64,000 nt of DNA from Nanobdellota archaeon (GTDB lineage Archaea > Nanobdellota > Nanobdellia > Tiddalikarchaeales > Tiddalikarchaeaceae), in the NCBI GenBank assembly GCA_016931175.1, contig JAFGFH010000022.1, positions 17,527 through 81,526 of the forward strand, written 5' to 3'. Shown here piece after piece: positions 28,431 to 39,062 of the stretch (position 1 is the first letter of the stretch; the number at the start of each line of letters is the position of its first letter). The notes beneath the pieces are model-generated. The model saw only the letters and a program-made list of their open reading frames with translations. It had not been told where the DNA came from and did no database searches. The position numbers and the translations under genes are program-made.

Positions 28431-29773
28431 ATTACCTGCAAATTAAACAGGGAAAGTAATTCCTCTCTTGGCTTTATCTTTGACCACTCATACAAACTTC
28501 TAGCATCGTCTAACCTTTCTCTTTGAAACAAAGTTTTGTATAATTCTTGCACTACTTCCTTATTTAAATCTGGCTGAACACCTGACCACTCACTCAAATG
28601 TTTAGCCTCATGCATCCATCCTTTTTGAAACAAAGTTTTGAATCCTTCTTGCACTACTTCTTCATTAAAATTTGGCTGAACACCTGACCACTCACTCAAA
28701 AGTTTAGCATCACACATCCATCCTTTTTGAAACAAAGTTTTGTATAATTCTTGCACTATTTCCTCATTTAAATCTGGCTGAATCTTTGACCACTCACTCA
28801 AAAGTTTAGCCACATGCATCCATCCTTTTTGAAACAAAGTTTTGAATCCTTCTTGCACTACTTCTTCATTAAAATCTGGCTGAATCTTTGACCACTCACT
28901 CAAACTTTTAGCAGATTCTACCATTCCTTTTTGAAAAAAAGTTTTGTATAATTCTTGAACTAACTCATCTCTTGGCTGAATCTTTGACCACTCACTCAAA
29001 ACTTTAAACGTATCAAACTGTCTTTCTTGAAACAAAGTTTTGTATAATTCTTGCATGTAAGGTTTTACTTTTCTTAAATCAACCAATTCCTTGAATCCTT
29101 TGCTTGTAATATTATCCTCGCAGCCTAATAAAAAATTAACAAGATGAGTGTTAGCTCTTAACAAATTATTCTCATAAGTCACGTCACCCTCATCCAAAGA
29201 ATCATAATTTCTAAGCAGTGATTCAAGCCTTAAATTAACAACCTTCCTATTATTGCCATTAACTGCCAAACGATTAATTAACTGCTGGTATAACTTGTTA
29301 TCAAAGACATCAAAAGGCGAGTCTAATCCTAAAGCTTGATCGGTTAAATAATGATTAATGAAAAGTATGGCAGAATCAATATTAGCAGTCATCTTAACCT
29401 CATCACTGATTTGCGAATAATCACTCCCGTCTAAAGTCACTGCTTTATGAACGCAGTGAGGCAAACTGCTCAAAACATTAGATTCACCCGTATTATGATT
29501 ATGCTCGTAAGCGTACACACTAAAATGGTCCTCGTCAACATCAACTGCAAAACCAACCTCATTGCCTTCCTCCTCATCAAACAAACTAAGAACAGGACAA
29601 AGAATATACTCAACACCATTAATTGTTGCAGGCCTAACCATGAAATAAGAAGCATCATTAAAAGCATTAGAATTAACAATAGTCTTAAACAAGCCATTAC
29701 CAGAATACTTACTAACAATCTCACTCAAAGCCTCAGGATTTAAAGCCTGATTTAAAACTTCACGACTAATCAT
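28427..29773 (-). CDS. Protein with six 32-34-aa helical (PPR-like) tandem repeats
   Basis: Repeat unit QELYKTLFQKGW...AK.LSEWS.IQPD.NEEVV. Confidence 0.8.
   Translation of the reverse strand: MISREVLNQALNPEALSEIVSKYSGNGLFKTIVNSNAFNDASYFMVRPATINGVEYILCPVLSLFDEEEGNEVGFAVDVDEDHFSVYAYEHNHNTGESNVLSSLPHCVHKAVTLDGSDYSQISDEVKMTANIDSAILFINHYLTDQALGLDSPFDVFDNKLYQQLINRLAVNGNNRKVVNLRLESLLRNYDSLDEGDVTYENNLLRANTHLVNFLLGCEDNITSKGFKELVDLRKVKPYMQELYKTLFQERQFDTFKVLSEWSKIQPRDELVQELYKTFFQKGMVESAKSLSEWSKIQPDFNEEVVQEGFKTLFQKGWMHVAKLLSEWSKIQPDLNEEIVQELYKTLFQKGWMCDAKLLSEWSGVQPNFNEEVVQEGFKTLFQKGWMHEAKHLSEWSGVQPDLNKEVVQELYKTLFQRERLDDARSLYEWSKIKPREELLSLFNLQVI
28460..29053 (-). repeat. ~102-bp coding tandem repeat (6 units)
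   Basis: Recurring tgaaacaaagttttg and gaccactcactcaaa words at ~102-bp spacing. Confidence 0.9.
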
Positions 29774-29812
29774 AAAAGAATTAATAGGGAAAAATGTATT
29801 TAAAAAACTTTC

Positions 29813-30403
29813 TTACCTGCTAGATACTGCTTGTCTCTCTGTCTCTGTCTTCTTTCCTACTGCGAATGATTTCGTGTCATTATCTGCGCTTTGTATTATC
29901 ATTGCTGCAAGCGCTTGAGGAAATGTTGTTTTCTTGTTAGCGCAGTTCTGGTAAGCTCCTTGAGTCATCCACCTGAGTGCTAAGTCTATTCTCCTCTGCG
30001 GAGCAACATCAACTGCTTTAGGGTGCTTGATGCCTCCGTATTCAAGGCTTATTACTTCACTGCACGGGCTCGCGTTTTGAATAGCGTCAACGAGTACCTG
30101 CAATGGGTTCTTTTTAGTCTTGTCTTCTATGATTTTGAAGACTTCCTGAATATTCTTGTACTGAGTCATGTACTTGCCTGTGTTTCTCCCGCTCGTTCTC
30201 CAATGCTTCTTGCCCTTGTGCCCTGTTACGCTCATTTTAAGCATTAATCTCTCAACAATGTGGGCTTTGCTCTTCCAGAACTTCTTCTTCTCATTCCTGC
30301 CCTGACTCTTTGGAATAATGATTGGTTTAATATTAATGTAATTAGTTAATCCCGGGTCTGATACTACCACGCTGCTAGTGTCATACTTGTTGAATAGTTT
30401 CAT
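29813..30403 (-). CDS. rps7: 30S ribosomal protein uS7
   Basis: NPLQVLVDAI, VDVAPQRRIDLA, ERQAVSSR. Confidence 0.96.
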   Translation of the reverse strand: MKLFNKYDTSSVVVSDPGLTNYINIKPIIIPKSQGRNEKKKFWKSKAHIVERLMLKMSVTGHKGKKHWRTSGRNTGKYMTQYKNIQEVFKIIEDKTKKNPLQVLVDAIQNASPCSEVISLEYGGIKHPKAVDVAPQRRIDLALRWMTQGAYQNCANKKTTFPQALAAMIIQSADNDTKSFAVGKKTETERQAVSSR

Positions 30404-30843
30404 TTCGCCTTCTTCTCCTCAGTCTTGCCTTTACTCTTTAACACTTCGCTTAATGCCTTGTCTCCGACTTTGATAACCTTGAACTTAACTCCTGGAATAT
30501 CACCCTTCGCTCCCTTCTGAGGCCCGCCTATTCTTTCTATAACTACTTCGTTGTGCTCGTCAACGTGTTTTATTGAACCGTCTCCTGGAACGAAAGCAGT
30601 AACTACCTTCCCATTCTTTACTAACTGGACTGTTACGCACTTGATTAATCCGCTGTGAGGCTGCTTCTTCTCAACAGTCTTCTTCTTTAACACTATTCCT
30701 CTTGCCGCTGGAGCTCCCCTCATTGGGTCGAACTTCTTCCATACACCGCTTGCTTGCTCGCGAGTTCCTTTCCTGGCGTACTTGAACTTGTTCCTCCTGT
30801 CCATTAATTTCTTTCCAGCGAATAATCCTCTTGCTTTTTTCAT
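30400..30843 (-). CDS. rps12: 30S ribosomal protein uS12
   Basis: KQPHSG, TAFVPGDG, GDIPGV. Confidence 0.97.
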   Translation of the reverse strand: MKKARGLFAGKKLMDRRNKFKYARKGTREQASGVWKKFDPMRGAPAARGIVLKKKTVEKKQPHSGLIKCVTVQLVKNGKVVTAFVPGDGSIKHVDEHNEVVIERIGGPQKGAKGDIPGVKFKVIKVGDKALSEVLKSKGKTEEKKAK

Positions 30844-30847
30844 GATT

Positions 30848-31261
30848 TTATACCTTTACTATTACTTCCTCTATAGCTGGGAAGTATTTTTTAAGAAGCA
30901 TTTTAGTCTTTTTAACTTTTTTGCTGGGAAAAGCTCTTAATGAGCTTTTAATCACTAAGTTCATAGTATTTCCTTCCAATTCCGCGCTTTTTACAGGTAT
31001 TGGTTTAAACAAGTTGGTTGCAAACTTTTCAGGATCAGGATTGAATTCTATAAGTATTATCTTCTTGTTAAACTTTTTTTCAAGAGCTCTTATATTAGCC
31101 CCTCCTTTTCCTATTGCTTTCCCGAAATCTCCCGGGCTTACTATGAAGACTAAATCATCATCGGATTCAAAACAATCCTTTAAGTTTGCCCTAGTTATTG
31201 ATTCAAAGAGAGCAATCTTTTGTATCGTCGACGTATCTAATTTTATTCTAACTTCTGCCAT
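30848..31261 (-). CDS. nusA: Archaeal NusA-like KH protein
   Basis: GKAIGKGGANI; lies between eL30 and uS12. Confidence 0.9.
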   Translation of the reverse strand: MAEVRIKLDTSTIQKIALFESITRANLKDCFESDDDLVFIVSPGDFGKAIGKGGANIRALEKKFNKKIILIEFNPDPEKFATNLFKPIPVKSAELEGNTMNLVIKSSLRAFPSKKVKKTKMLLKKYFPAIEEVIVKV

Positions 31262-31531
31262 TTACTTTCCACTCTTAACTGATAAGACCATTACTCCGAA
31301 TGGTTTCCTGCACGTCGCTCCTAATTCCAAGTTATTCTTTTCAGAATCTACGAATTCAGCTCCTGCAATCCTTGAAAGATTCTCTAATTCTTTCTTAACT
31401 GCTGCCGGCGCGTTTGATGACACCACAACGAGTGAGGTTTTTTTTGATTTCAGCATCCTAACCGTTGATTTTTGTCCAACAATTAACTTCTTGTCTTTCA
31501 TTGCTTTCTTTATCTCTTCTATTGTGTTCAT
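31262..31531 (-). CDS. rpl30e: 50S ribosomal protein eL30
   Basis: [10 protein letters not shown]; position after rpoA2. Confidence 0.92.
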   Translation of the reverse strand: MNTIEEIKKAMKDKKLIVGQKSTVRMLKSKKTSLVVVSSNAPAAVKKELENLSRIAGAEFVDSEKNNLELGATCRKPFGVMVLSVKSGK

Positions 31532-32667
31532 TTCTTCTTATCCTCTTTTAGTTTTAATTTGAAAAAACCAGTTCCTACAGGTATAGGCTGGTTAATCATT
31601 ATGTTTTCAACAACGCCTTTTAATTCATCAATCTCTTTATGAGCTGCTGCTGAGAACAAGTGTTTAAGCGCTACTTCGAAGCTTGCACGCGCCAAAACGC
31701 TTGGTTTTTCGCCGCTTACTCCGTATCTTCCTATTCCTTTTACTAAGCCGTCTGTTGTCATAACATCTGCTACAAGCATTAAGTGCCTAACGTCAATCTT
31801 TAATCCCTGCTCGTTGAATACTCCCATAACCTCTTCTATAATAGCTGTTCTTGCAGCTTCTATTCCTAATACTTTGCTTATCTCATAAACGTCATTAGTG
31901 ATTGTTTTAATATGGTCAACCTCTTTTATCTTAAGTATCTCTTTCAGGTTGCTTCCCGCTGTTGTTATAACAAACTCTTCACTCTTCCTAACAGGCAATA
32001 CTTGAGTGATTCCTTCTATCCCGCTTATGAATAGTTCTGATAATTGAACCTTTAATTTAAACAAGTCCTGTATCTTAGTCTCTCCTTTAAGTTTAACAAG
32101 CAAAGTGTCGCCTTCTTCAACAACTTCAACCTTTTTAATCTTGCTCTCATTTATTGAATTAGTAATATGCTTTGTTGAAACGTTCAAGTTGTGCATCTCG
32201 TCAATGTCTAATTTAACTTCAACCTGCAGGTTTAACAAGTCAACGTTTATCTCCTTGCTTATGTCCTTTAATAATATCTCTAATATGTTAGCGCTTAATT
32301 GCCTGACGAATTTCTCACTCTTGTTATGAGGAGATTTCAAATAAATCTTCATGCTTGGAGTGCTTGATGCTTTTCTTGCTCCGAAGATTTCAATAATACG
32401 AGGCAGACCTACTGTAACGTTCATCTCGCTTACTCCTGCGAAGTGCTTGGTGTTTAGAGTCATCTGAGTTCCTGGCTCTCCAATGCTTTGAGCAGCGATT
32501 ATACCAATACTCTCTGCCGGGCATATCTGCGCCTTCTTGTAAGCTTTTACTACTTCATCAATGGCTGTTTCCTCTTTCTTGCCGGATAGTTTGTATTCTT
32601 TTATCTTATGCTTTAAATTATTGTAAATATTAACAGGTAATAATTGCTGGACTTCTTCTAATTTCAT
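31528..32667 (-). CDS. rpoA2: RNA polymerase subunit A'' (Rpo1C)
   Basis: [25 protein letters not shown]. Confidence 0.97.
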   Translation of the reverse strand: MKLEEVQQLLPVNIYNNLKHKIKEYKLSGKKEETAIDEVVKAYKKAQICPAESIGIIAAQSIGEPGTQMTLNTKHFAGVSEMNVTVGLPRIIEIFGARKASSTPSMKIYLKSPHNKSEKFVRQLSANILEILLKDISKEINVDLLNLQVEVKLDIDEMHNLNVSTKHITNSINESKIKKVEVVEEGDTLLVKLKGETKIQDLFKLKVQLSELFISGIEGITQVLPVRKSEEFVITTAGSNLKEILKIKEVDHIKTITNDVYEISKVLGIEAARTAIIEEVMGVFNEQGLKIDVRHLMLVADVMTTDGLVKGIGRYGVSGEKPSVLARASFEVALKHLFSAAAHKEIDELKGVVENIMINQPIPVGTGFFKLKLKEDKKK

Positions 32668-35267
32668 TGCTCGCTCACCTTTTTAACTATTAAGTCAACG
32701 TCTATTGAACCCGCGTCGCTCTTTCCAACGTCTATTCCATCCTCGCCGTACTTGAACTGGACTATGTTTCCATTGCTTGTTCTAACACTTAAATCATTCA
32801 CTACTTTAAAGTCCTGTAAAGCGTTTATTAATCTTCTCTGGAAGTATCCGCTCGTTGGTGTTCTCATACTAGTATCCATCTGCGCGTCACGGCTTGTTAT
32901 TGCGTGGAAGAAGAACTCTGTTGGGCTTAATCCGCTCTTATATCCTCTTCTTACGAATCCTCTGGCGTCAGCGCCTAAGTCTCCTTTCTTGAAGTGGGGC
33001 AATACTCTGCCCTCGTACCCCCTCTTAAGCCTGAATCCTCTAAGTACTTGCTGCCCTACTGCTCCTGCCATCTGGGCAAGGTTAAGCATGTTTCCTTTTG
33101 CTCCGCTCTGAGCCATGACTATTGTGCAATTATCCTTTGAAGCATTGTTTAATACAAGGCTTCCTACTATGTTACGCGCCCTGTTAAGTATGTTAATAAT
33201 CTTCTGTTCAAGGGTTTCCCTAAGTGTTCTTCCAGGCAGTGAAACCATCTCTCCTGACTCGTAGCTCTTTATTGCTGAATTAACCTGGCTTATTGACTGG
33301 TGGAGTTTGCTCTTAATGTCTTTGAACACTTCTTCCGGAAGGTCTGAGTCTGAACTTAATACTGTGAATCCTTTCATGTCAAGTGTTGCAATACCTAGAA
33401 GCGCCATTCTCTGCAAGTAAGTGCTTACCTGCTCCCTGTCGTAAAGCTTAGCTATCTCCTGCAGTAAGAGTCCTTTCTTTGAACCCACACTCTTGTCATC
33501 TATTACTCCGCTTAGTAATTTGCCCTTAACAACTTTAACTATGTCATCTCCTGATTTATTCTTGCTGCCAGGCTTGTATAATCCGCTCTTTCCTTCATAG
33601 TTGAAGTCTTCAGGCAGTACTGCTGAGAATATGTCTTTTCCGCTGACTAGTCCTTCCTTGTTAAACTTCAAGTCAGCATTGTATACTTTAGCTCTTGCTA
33701 ATAATTGGAATGCTTCTTCTTTAGTAAACATCGCGCCTTCTTTTGTTAATGTATATAATCCGCTTAAGTGGTCCTGTTTGCATCCTATTATTGGCAGTCC
33801 GAATCTTGGAGTGATTATTTGAGTGATAACATCCATTAACTCGTCAGCTTCTGCTCTCGCCTCTTCTGTTTGAGGAACGTGCATGTTCATATCATCACCG
33901 TCAAAGTCTGCGTTGTAAGGGTCTGTTACTGTAAGGTTTACTCTTAAAGTATTACCTGGCAATACTTTTACTCTATGCGCCATTATGCTCATCCTGTGAA
34001 GGCTTGGCTGCCTGTTGAATAATACTATGTCGCCGTCGTTCAATGTTCTTTCTACTATGTAGCCGTCGCTTAACTCTTCAAGCAGTAATTCCTTGCTCTC
34101 ATCTGTTACTCTCTTCTTCTTCCCGTCTTGTGAGAAAACGTATAAAGCGCACGGCAGGTTAGGACTGTTCTTTATTAACTGCTTCAACCATTCAATGTTC
34201 CAGCTGTTAACTCTTTCAGGAACAGTTAATGTCTCCGCCATTACTTCAGGAACTCCTATCTCGTTGATTTCAATGTTAGGGTCCGGGCTGATTACGCTAC
34301 GAGCGCAGAAGTTAACACGCTTTCCTGCAAGGTTCTTCCTGAACCTTCCCTCCTTGCTCTTAATCCTCTCAGATAAAGTCTTTAATGGCCTTCCGCTCCT
34401 GTGCCTTGCTGGTGGAATCTGGCTTATATTATTGCTGAAGAATGTAGTAACGTGGTATTGAAGCAGGTCCCATAAGTCTTCTATGATTATCTCAGGCGCT
34501 CCAGCATTCAAGTTTTCTAATAATCTCTGGTTTGTTCTGACAATATCGCTTAATTTGTGAGTTAAGTCATCCTCACTCTTCTGCCCGCTTTCTAATGTAA
34601 TGCTTGGTCTTACTGTTACTGGAGGAACAGGCAATAGTGTTAATACCATCCATTCAGGTCTTCCGCCTAACGGGTCAAGTCCTAATAGTTCAAGGTCGTC
34701 ATCAGCTACTTTTTCAAGCCTTTCTCTCATATCAATTGGTGTAACTCTGACTTTTTCCTCATAGAAAGAGTACGGTTTTTTGAGCTTTAGTTTTTCTCTC
34801 TTCTCCCCGCAGTAAGGGCATACGAGTGTATTCTTAGCCCTGCTTATTATCTCTTTTGAAATGTTCCATTTTTCAAGCTCTCCTCTCTGCCTCTCAACGA
34901 GCTTCATTTTAAGCTTGAACCTTTCAAGCGTCTTCTCGTCAAGACTTATCTTCCCGCACTTAGAGCAAGTGCTTCTAAGAGCATTGTATATGAAGTCTAA
35001 GTATTTAATGTGAATTACTGGACGCGCGAGTTCAATGTAACCGAAGTGTCCTGGGCAGTCTTTAACTCTGGCACCGCATGTCCTGCACCTGAGTCCTGGT
35101 TCTATAACTCCCATTCTCAGGTTCATTAATCCCCCTTCTACTGGGTAACCGTCAGCGTCGTACAATTCAGGAGTGATTATTTTAACCACGCTCATCTCCT
35201 TAATCACTTTCGGTGATAATACTCTGAACTCTATGCTTCCTATTTTTTCTTTAACTATTCCCATCAT
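32664..35267 (-). CDS. rpoA1: RNA polymerase subunit A' (Rpo1N)
   Basis: [27 protein letters not shown]. Confidence 0.98.
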   Translation of the reverse strand: MMGIVKEKIGSIEFRVLSPKVIKEMSVVKIITPELYDADGYPVEGGLMNLRMGVIEPGLRCRTCGARVKDCPGHFGYIELARPVIHIKYLDFIYNALRSTCSKCGKISLDEKTLERFKLKMKLVERQRGELEKWNISKEIISRAKNTLVCPYCGEKREKLKLKKPYSFYEEKVRVTPIDMRERLEKVADDDLELLGLDPLGGRPEWMVLTLLPVPPVTVRPSITLESGQKSEDDLTHKLSDIVRTNQRLLENLNAGAPEIIIEDLWDLLQYHVTTFFSNNISQIPPARHRSGRPLKTLSERIKSKEGRFRKNLAGKRVNFCARSVISPDPNIEINEIGVPEVMAETLTVPERVNSWNIEWLKQLIKNSPNLPCALYVFSQDGKKKRVTDESKELLLEELSDGYIVERTLNDGDIVLFNRQPSLHRMSIMAHRVKVLPGNTLRVNLTVTDPYNADFDGDDMNMHVPQTEEARAEADELMDVITQIITPRFGLPIIGCKQDHLSGLYTLTKEGAMFTKEEAFQLLARAKVYNADLKFNKEGLVSGKDIFSAVLPEDFNYEGKSGLYKPGSKNKSGDDIVKVVKGKLLSGVIDDKSVGSKKGLLLQEIAKLYDREQVSTYLQRMALLGIATLDMKGFTVLSSDSDLPEEVFKDIKSKLHQSISQVNSAIKSYESGEMVSLPGRTLRETLEQKIINILNRARNIVGSLVLNNASKDNCTIVMAQSGAKGNMLNLAQMAGAVGQQVLRGFRLKRGYEGRVLPHFKKGDLGADARGFVRRGYKSGLSPTEFFFHAITSRDAQMDTSMRTPTSGYFQRRLINALQDFKVVNDLSVRTSNGNIVQFKYGEDGIDVGKSDAGSIDVDLIVKKVSEQ

Positions 35268-35274
35268 TTTATCA

Positions 35275-37074
35275 TCAATCCTTGTACTCCACGTTTAGTT
35301 TAGGGTATATGCATAAGCTCTTTAACTCGTCAAGTAAGAGTTTGAACGCGTAACTCATTTCAATAAAGGTTACTGGCGCGTCATCCCCGCATACTGAACA
35401 TACTCCCTTATTCCTGTACTGGTTAATGTAAGCTATTAACCCGCACTTCCTGCATACTGGTATTATTGACTTGTCTGAGTCAAACCTTTCCTTTAATAAT
35501 AGTGCTGAGCCGTGAGCTACTAGTACGTCCTTCTCCATCTCTCCCAGTCTTAATCCTCCTTCTTTGGCGCGCCCTTCTGTTGGCTGCCTTGTTAGTAATT
35601 GTACTGGGCCTCTCGTTCTCATGTGGTACTTGTTAGCTACCATGTATTTTAGTCTCATGTAATAAATGTTTCCTATGAATATCTTAACTTGGAACATTCT
35701 TCCAGTCTTGCCATCGTATAAAGTCTCTGAACCGTTCTCTCTGAATCCGAGAGTGTGAAGTTCTTTTCTTAAGTCAAACTCTGATTCTCCAGTGAAAGCT
35801 GTGCCGTCTATGTATCTTCCCTGAAGCGCTCCAACCTTTCCGCCGATTACTTCTATTAACTGCCCTACAGTCATACGGCTTGGGATACTGTGAGGGCTGA
35901 ATATTATGTCAGGAACTATTCCTTCGCTGGAAAAAGGCATGTCAGTCTTTGGAACCAGCAGTCCTATTACTCCTTTCTGCCCGTGCCTTGTTGCGAACTT
36001 GTCTCCTATCTCTGGTATTCTTGGCTGCCTTACTCTGATGTTTACGAACTTGTTTCCCTCCTCTGATTCTGTGATTATTACTGTGTCAACCGTTCCTTTC
36101 TCTTTAATTACTGCAACGCTTGACTCATGCCTTGATTCAACACCTACCCTGAACTCTTCCATCCCGCTTAGGAATCTTGGAGGACTCGTCTTTCCAATTA
36201 ATACGTCATCGTCTCCTATCTCAGCCTCTGGGAATATGATGCCGTCCTCTTCAAGCTTAGCATAATCTTCTTCAACCCTGTAGCCTGCTACCTCTTTGTC
36301 TGGTATCTCTATCTTGTCCTTGATTCCTCCAGCGTATCTCAACTCCTCACTGTTGAAAGGCTTGAAGAATGTTGACCTGAAAAGTCCTAATTCAACGCTG
36401 TCCTTGTTAAATATTATGGCATCATCAATGTTGTAACCCTCGTGAGTCATTACCGCGATTACAATGTTCTGCCCTACAGGGTGGTTGTCGTATTTAACAT
36501 TCTTGTACATTACTGTATCAACGATTGGGCGCTGAGGGTAATGCATCATGTCAACGTCGCTGTCTAATCTTAAGTTAAAATTAGTAGAGTATATTCCTAA
36601 TCCCTGCGTGAGCATCTTTGCTGCAAGCATTACACGTCCTGCACTGTTATGTTCAGCAAAAGGCGCCAGGCTTGACTGGCTTCCGAATAGTGCAGTCTTT
36701 ATTATCTCCATATGAGTGTGTTCTTCAGTTAATTCATCATCGTCAAAGGCTATGAGTGCGCTCTCTTCCTCTTCAGCGTCCAAGTATTCTATAATATTAT
36801 TAGAGATTAACTGCTTCCAAGTCATTGCTCCCTTCTTTAAATCTTCAACTATTTCTTTGGTAAGCTTTGATTTGCCGTTCTCAACTATTATTAATGGCCT
36901 TCTCGCTCTTCCAGCCTCTGTTAGTATGTTTACGCAGTTCAACGCCTTATCGTATGATACGTTTAAATTAGTTGTTACGTTTGAGTTTCTTCTCTGTTCT
37001 TTTATCCTCTTAACGAAATCGGCGGGGTTTTCAACATCTCCTATTATTACTCCGTTAAAGAACACCTCGCTCAT
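35275..37074 (-). CDS. rpoB1: RNA polymerase subunit B' (Rpo2 C-terminal part)
   Basis: GDKFATRHGQKG, RQPTEGR, GGLRLGEME. Confidence 0.98.
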   Translation of the reverse strand: MSEVFFNGVIIGDVENPADFVKRIKEQRRNSNVTTNLNVSYDKALNCVNILTEAGRARRPLIIVENGKSKLTKEIVEDLKKGAMTWKQLISNNIIEYLDAEEEESALIAFDDDELTEEHTHMEIIKTALFGSQSSLAPFAEHNSAGRVMLAAKMLTQGLGIYSTNFNLRLDSDVDMMHYPQRPIVDTVMYKNVKYDNHPVGQNIVIAVMTHEGYNIDDAIIFNKDSVELGLFRSTFFKPFNSEELRYAGGIKDKIEIPDKEVAGYRVEEDYAKLEEDGIIFPEAEIGDDDVLIGKTSPPRFLSGMEEFRVGVESRHESSVAVIKEKGTVDTVIITESEEGNKFVNIRVRQPRIPEIGDKFATRHGQKGVIGLLVPKTDMPFSSEGIVPDIIFSPHSIPSRMTVGQLIEVIGGKVGALQGRYIDGTAFTGESEFDLRKELHTLGFRENGSETLYDGKTGRMFQVKIFIGNIYYMRLKYMVANKYHMRTRGPVQLLTRQPTEGRAKEGGLRLGEMEKDVLVAHGSALLLKERFDSDKSIIPVCRKCGLIAYINQYRNKGVCSVCGDDAPVTFIEMSYAFKLLLDELKSLCIYPKLNVEYKD

Positions 37075-38570
37075 TCTACCACCTTCTTCATTCCCATCTT
37101 TACTAACTCTTCAACTATTTCTTCATCATTATCATTTGGAACGCTTACCTCGCACATTATGGCAAGGTTCTTTCTTAATCCCACGTTTGTTCCGTCAGGC
37201 GTCTCGCTTGAGCATAATCTTCCGTAATGGCTTGGGTGCAAGTCACGCGCTTTGAAATTCTCCCTCTGGCTTGTTAATAGTGATGCTACTCTTCTTAAGT
37301 GTGATAATGTGCCGAAGAAGTTATTCCTCTCCAAGTGCTGGCTTACTCCTTGTCTTCCTCCAACCCATTGCCCTGTTGCTAAACTGCTCTTTATCCTGCT
37401 CGTTAAAAGTTTTGCTCTTGTAACACTGCTTATGCTTGGCAGTTTGCCTCTCTTAACTAGTCTCTCAAAATTATATTTCATGTCTCCTATGAACATTCTG
37501 AAGCTTACCCTGAATAATGACTCCATCATCTCCCTGCAAAGCCTTAATCTCTTGTTCTTATAATGGTCTTTATCATCTGATTTTATTAAACCATGGCTGT
37601 AAAGCATTAGTTTCCTTATCATATTAGATAAGTATTTTGCCTTTAACACTCTGTCTTCCTTCTTGTGCCCTATGTGAGGGAATAAGAACTTGTCAATAAC
37701 TTCTTCTGCTCTCTCTACTCTTATCTGAGAACTGTAAGTTATTCCCATCTTTTTCCCAACAAGGTTTAATGCATCATTAACAGACTGCAATTCGCTGATT
37801 TTGTAAAGGTTAACGTATATCTCTCCCATGAATTCTTCAGAAAGATTTAATGAGCTAACAACTTCCTGGTCGTCGTTTAATCCTAATGCTTTAAGCACTG
37901 CAAAGACTGGAACTTCTTTTACTCTTGTAAAGTTCATGTTAAGTGTGCCGTCTTTTAATTTGATAACATCGTGAAGTATCTTGTATTGGCCGTCGTCGCT
38001 GAATACCTTTGCAACGTAAGCGTTCGTTGTTGAATTATGCTCTACTAATACCTTGTTAGGCGCCAAGTCTTCAACTACTACTATAACTCTCTCTGTTCCA
38101 TTGATTATGAAATAACCTCCTGGGTCGTTAGGGTCTTCTCCTAACTCTATTAATTCCTCTTCATTCTTCCCGTACAAGTGGCAGTACTTGCTTCTTACCA
38201 TTATTGGCATGTTTCCAACGTGAACCGTCTTCATCTCTTCCTCTATGCCGTCTTTTTCTACAACGATTTCCATAAATATTGGAGCCTCGTAAGTAAGGTT
38301 TCTTATCCTTGCCTCTACTGGCGTGATTATTCTCTTAGTGCCGTCTGCTTCTTTAACACTAGGAGTCTCAACAGTTATTTTTCCAAGTTTTATTCTCAAA
38401 TCACTTACTCCTTTCGGCAAGATGTCTGGTATTATCTCCTTAACCTCTTCAACTATTTTCTGTAGACTCTTATCTGTGAAATTATTGAAGCTTGCAAGAT
38501 TATGATTGGTCAGCATTCTTTCCTTGAAGAAAGTGTCAAGAACTGCTTTGCTTACATCCTTATCCATCAA
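37071..38570 (-). CDS. rpoB2: RNA polymerase subunit B'' (Rpo2 N-terminal part)
   Basis: GGYFIINGTER, LSHLRR, ETPDG..VGL. Confidence 0.97.
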   Translation of the reverse strand: MMDKDVSKAVLDTFFKERMLTNHNLASFNNFTDKSLQKIVEEVKEIIPDILPKGVSDLRIKLGKITVETPSVKEADGTKRIITPVEARIRNLTYEAPIFMEIVVEKDGIEEEMKTVHVGNMPIMVRSKYCHLYGKNEEELIELGEDPNDPGGYFIINGTERVIVVVEDLAPNKVLVEHNSTTNAYVAKVFSDDGQYKILHDVIKLKDGTLNMNFTRVKEVPVFAVLKALGLNDDQEVVSSLNLSEEFMGEIYVNLYKISELQSVNDALNLVGKKMGITYSSQIRVERAEEVIDKFLFPHIGHKKEDRVLKAKYLSNMIRKLMLYSHGLIKSDDKDHYKNKRLRLCREMMESLFRVSFRMFIGDMKYNFERLVKRGKLPSISSVTRAKLLTSRIKSSLATGQWVGGRQGVSQHLERNNFFGTLSHLRRVASLLTSQRENFKARDLHPSHYGRLCSSETPDGTNVGLRKNLAIMCEVSVPNDNDEEIVEELVKMGMKKVVE

Positions 38571-38838
38571 CTACCACCCTGTAAAAAACACTATCCTCTG
38601 ATGTGTAACTCTTTCTAGTTATCTTGAAAACGTCATTAACCTTTGCACTCATTAGTTTGCATATAGGGTCGTTAATGTTTATCTTAGGCAATTGTATTAT
38701 CTTAGCATTGAATCTTTCAAGAAGCGCCTTAACCTCTTCAGGTTTTAGTATCTCAAACTTAGGGTTATAACTATGTTCTAATATCTGCTCGTTTAATTTA
38801 CTCTTCTCTGTTTTTTCCGGTTTCTTTTCTTCTGCCAA
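38560..38838 (-). CDS. rpoH: RNA polymerase subunit H (Rpo5)
   Basis: LPKI...DP, KITRKS, YRVV; TTG start. Confidence 0.93.
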   Translation of the reverse strand: MAEEKKPEKTEKSKLNEQILEHSYNPKFEILKPEEVKALLERFNAKIIQLPKININDPICKLMSAKVNDVFKITRKSYTSEDSVFYRVVVDG

Positions 38839-38858
38839 CGCCTTTACCTTCCCTTATA

Positions 38859-38932
38859 TGAGCCCGACGGGATTTGAACCCGCGACCCCTTGATTAAAAG
38901 TCAAGTGCTCTGCCAAGCTGAGCTACGGGCCC
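38859..38932 (-). tRNA. tRNA-Lys(TTT)
   Basis: GGGCCCG acceptor, anticodon arm CTTGA-CTTTTAA-TCAAG, GGTTCAAATCC T-arm. Confidence 0.96.
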
Positions 38933-39062
38933 ATTCTTTAGAGTATTATTTAATTCACAAAAACCTATTATAAAACTATCGCATCAAAACTTGATTAAAT
39001 CCTCTAAGACTGAACCCAAACATTACCTTTAAAAACAGCTTATTTCTTTTTAAACCTTTCTA

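Noticed and set aside
1266-38505. Many plus-strand ORFs antisense to ribosomal, EF and RNAP genes (e.g. 30921..31562, 36716..37255, 26157..26594)
   Set aside because: They are antisense shadows of conserved genes, with the F/L/S-rich composition expected from reverse-complemented Lys/Glu codons.
19116-38932. att-like duplications of the tRNA-Ser or tRNA-Lys 3' ends
   Set aside because: None were noticed by eye, and both tRNAs are directly followed by housekeeping genes.
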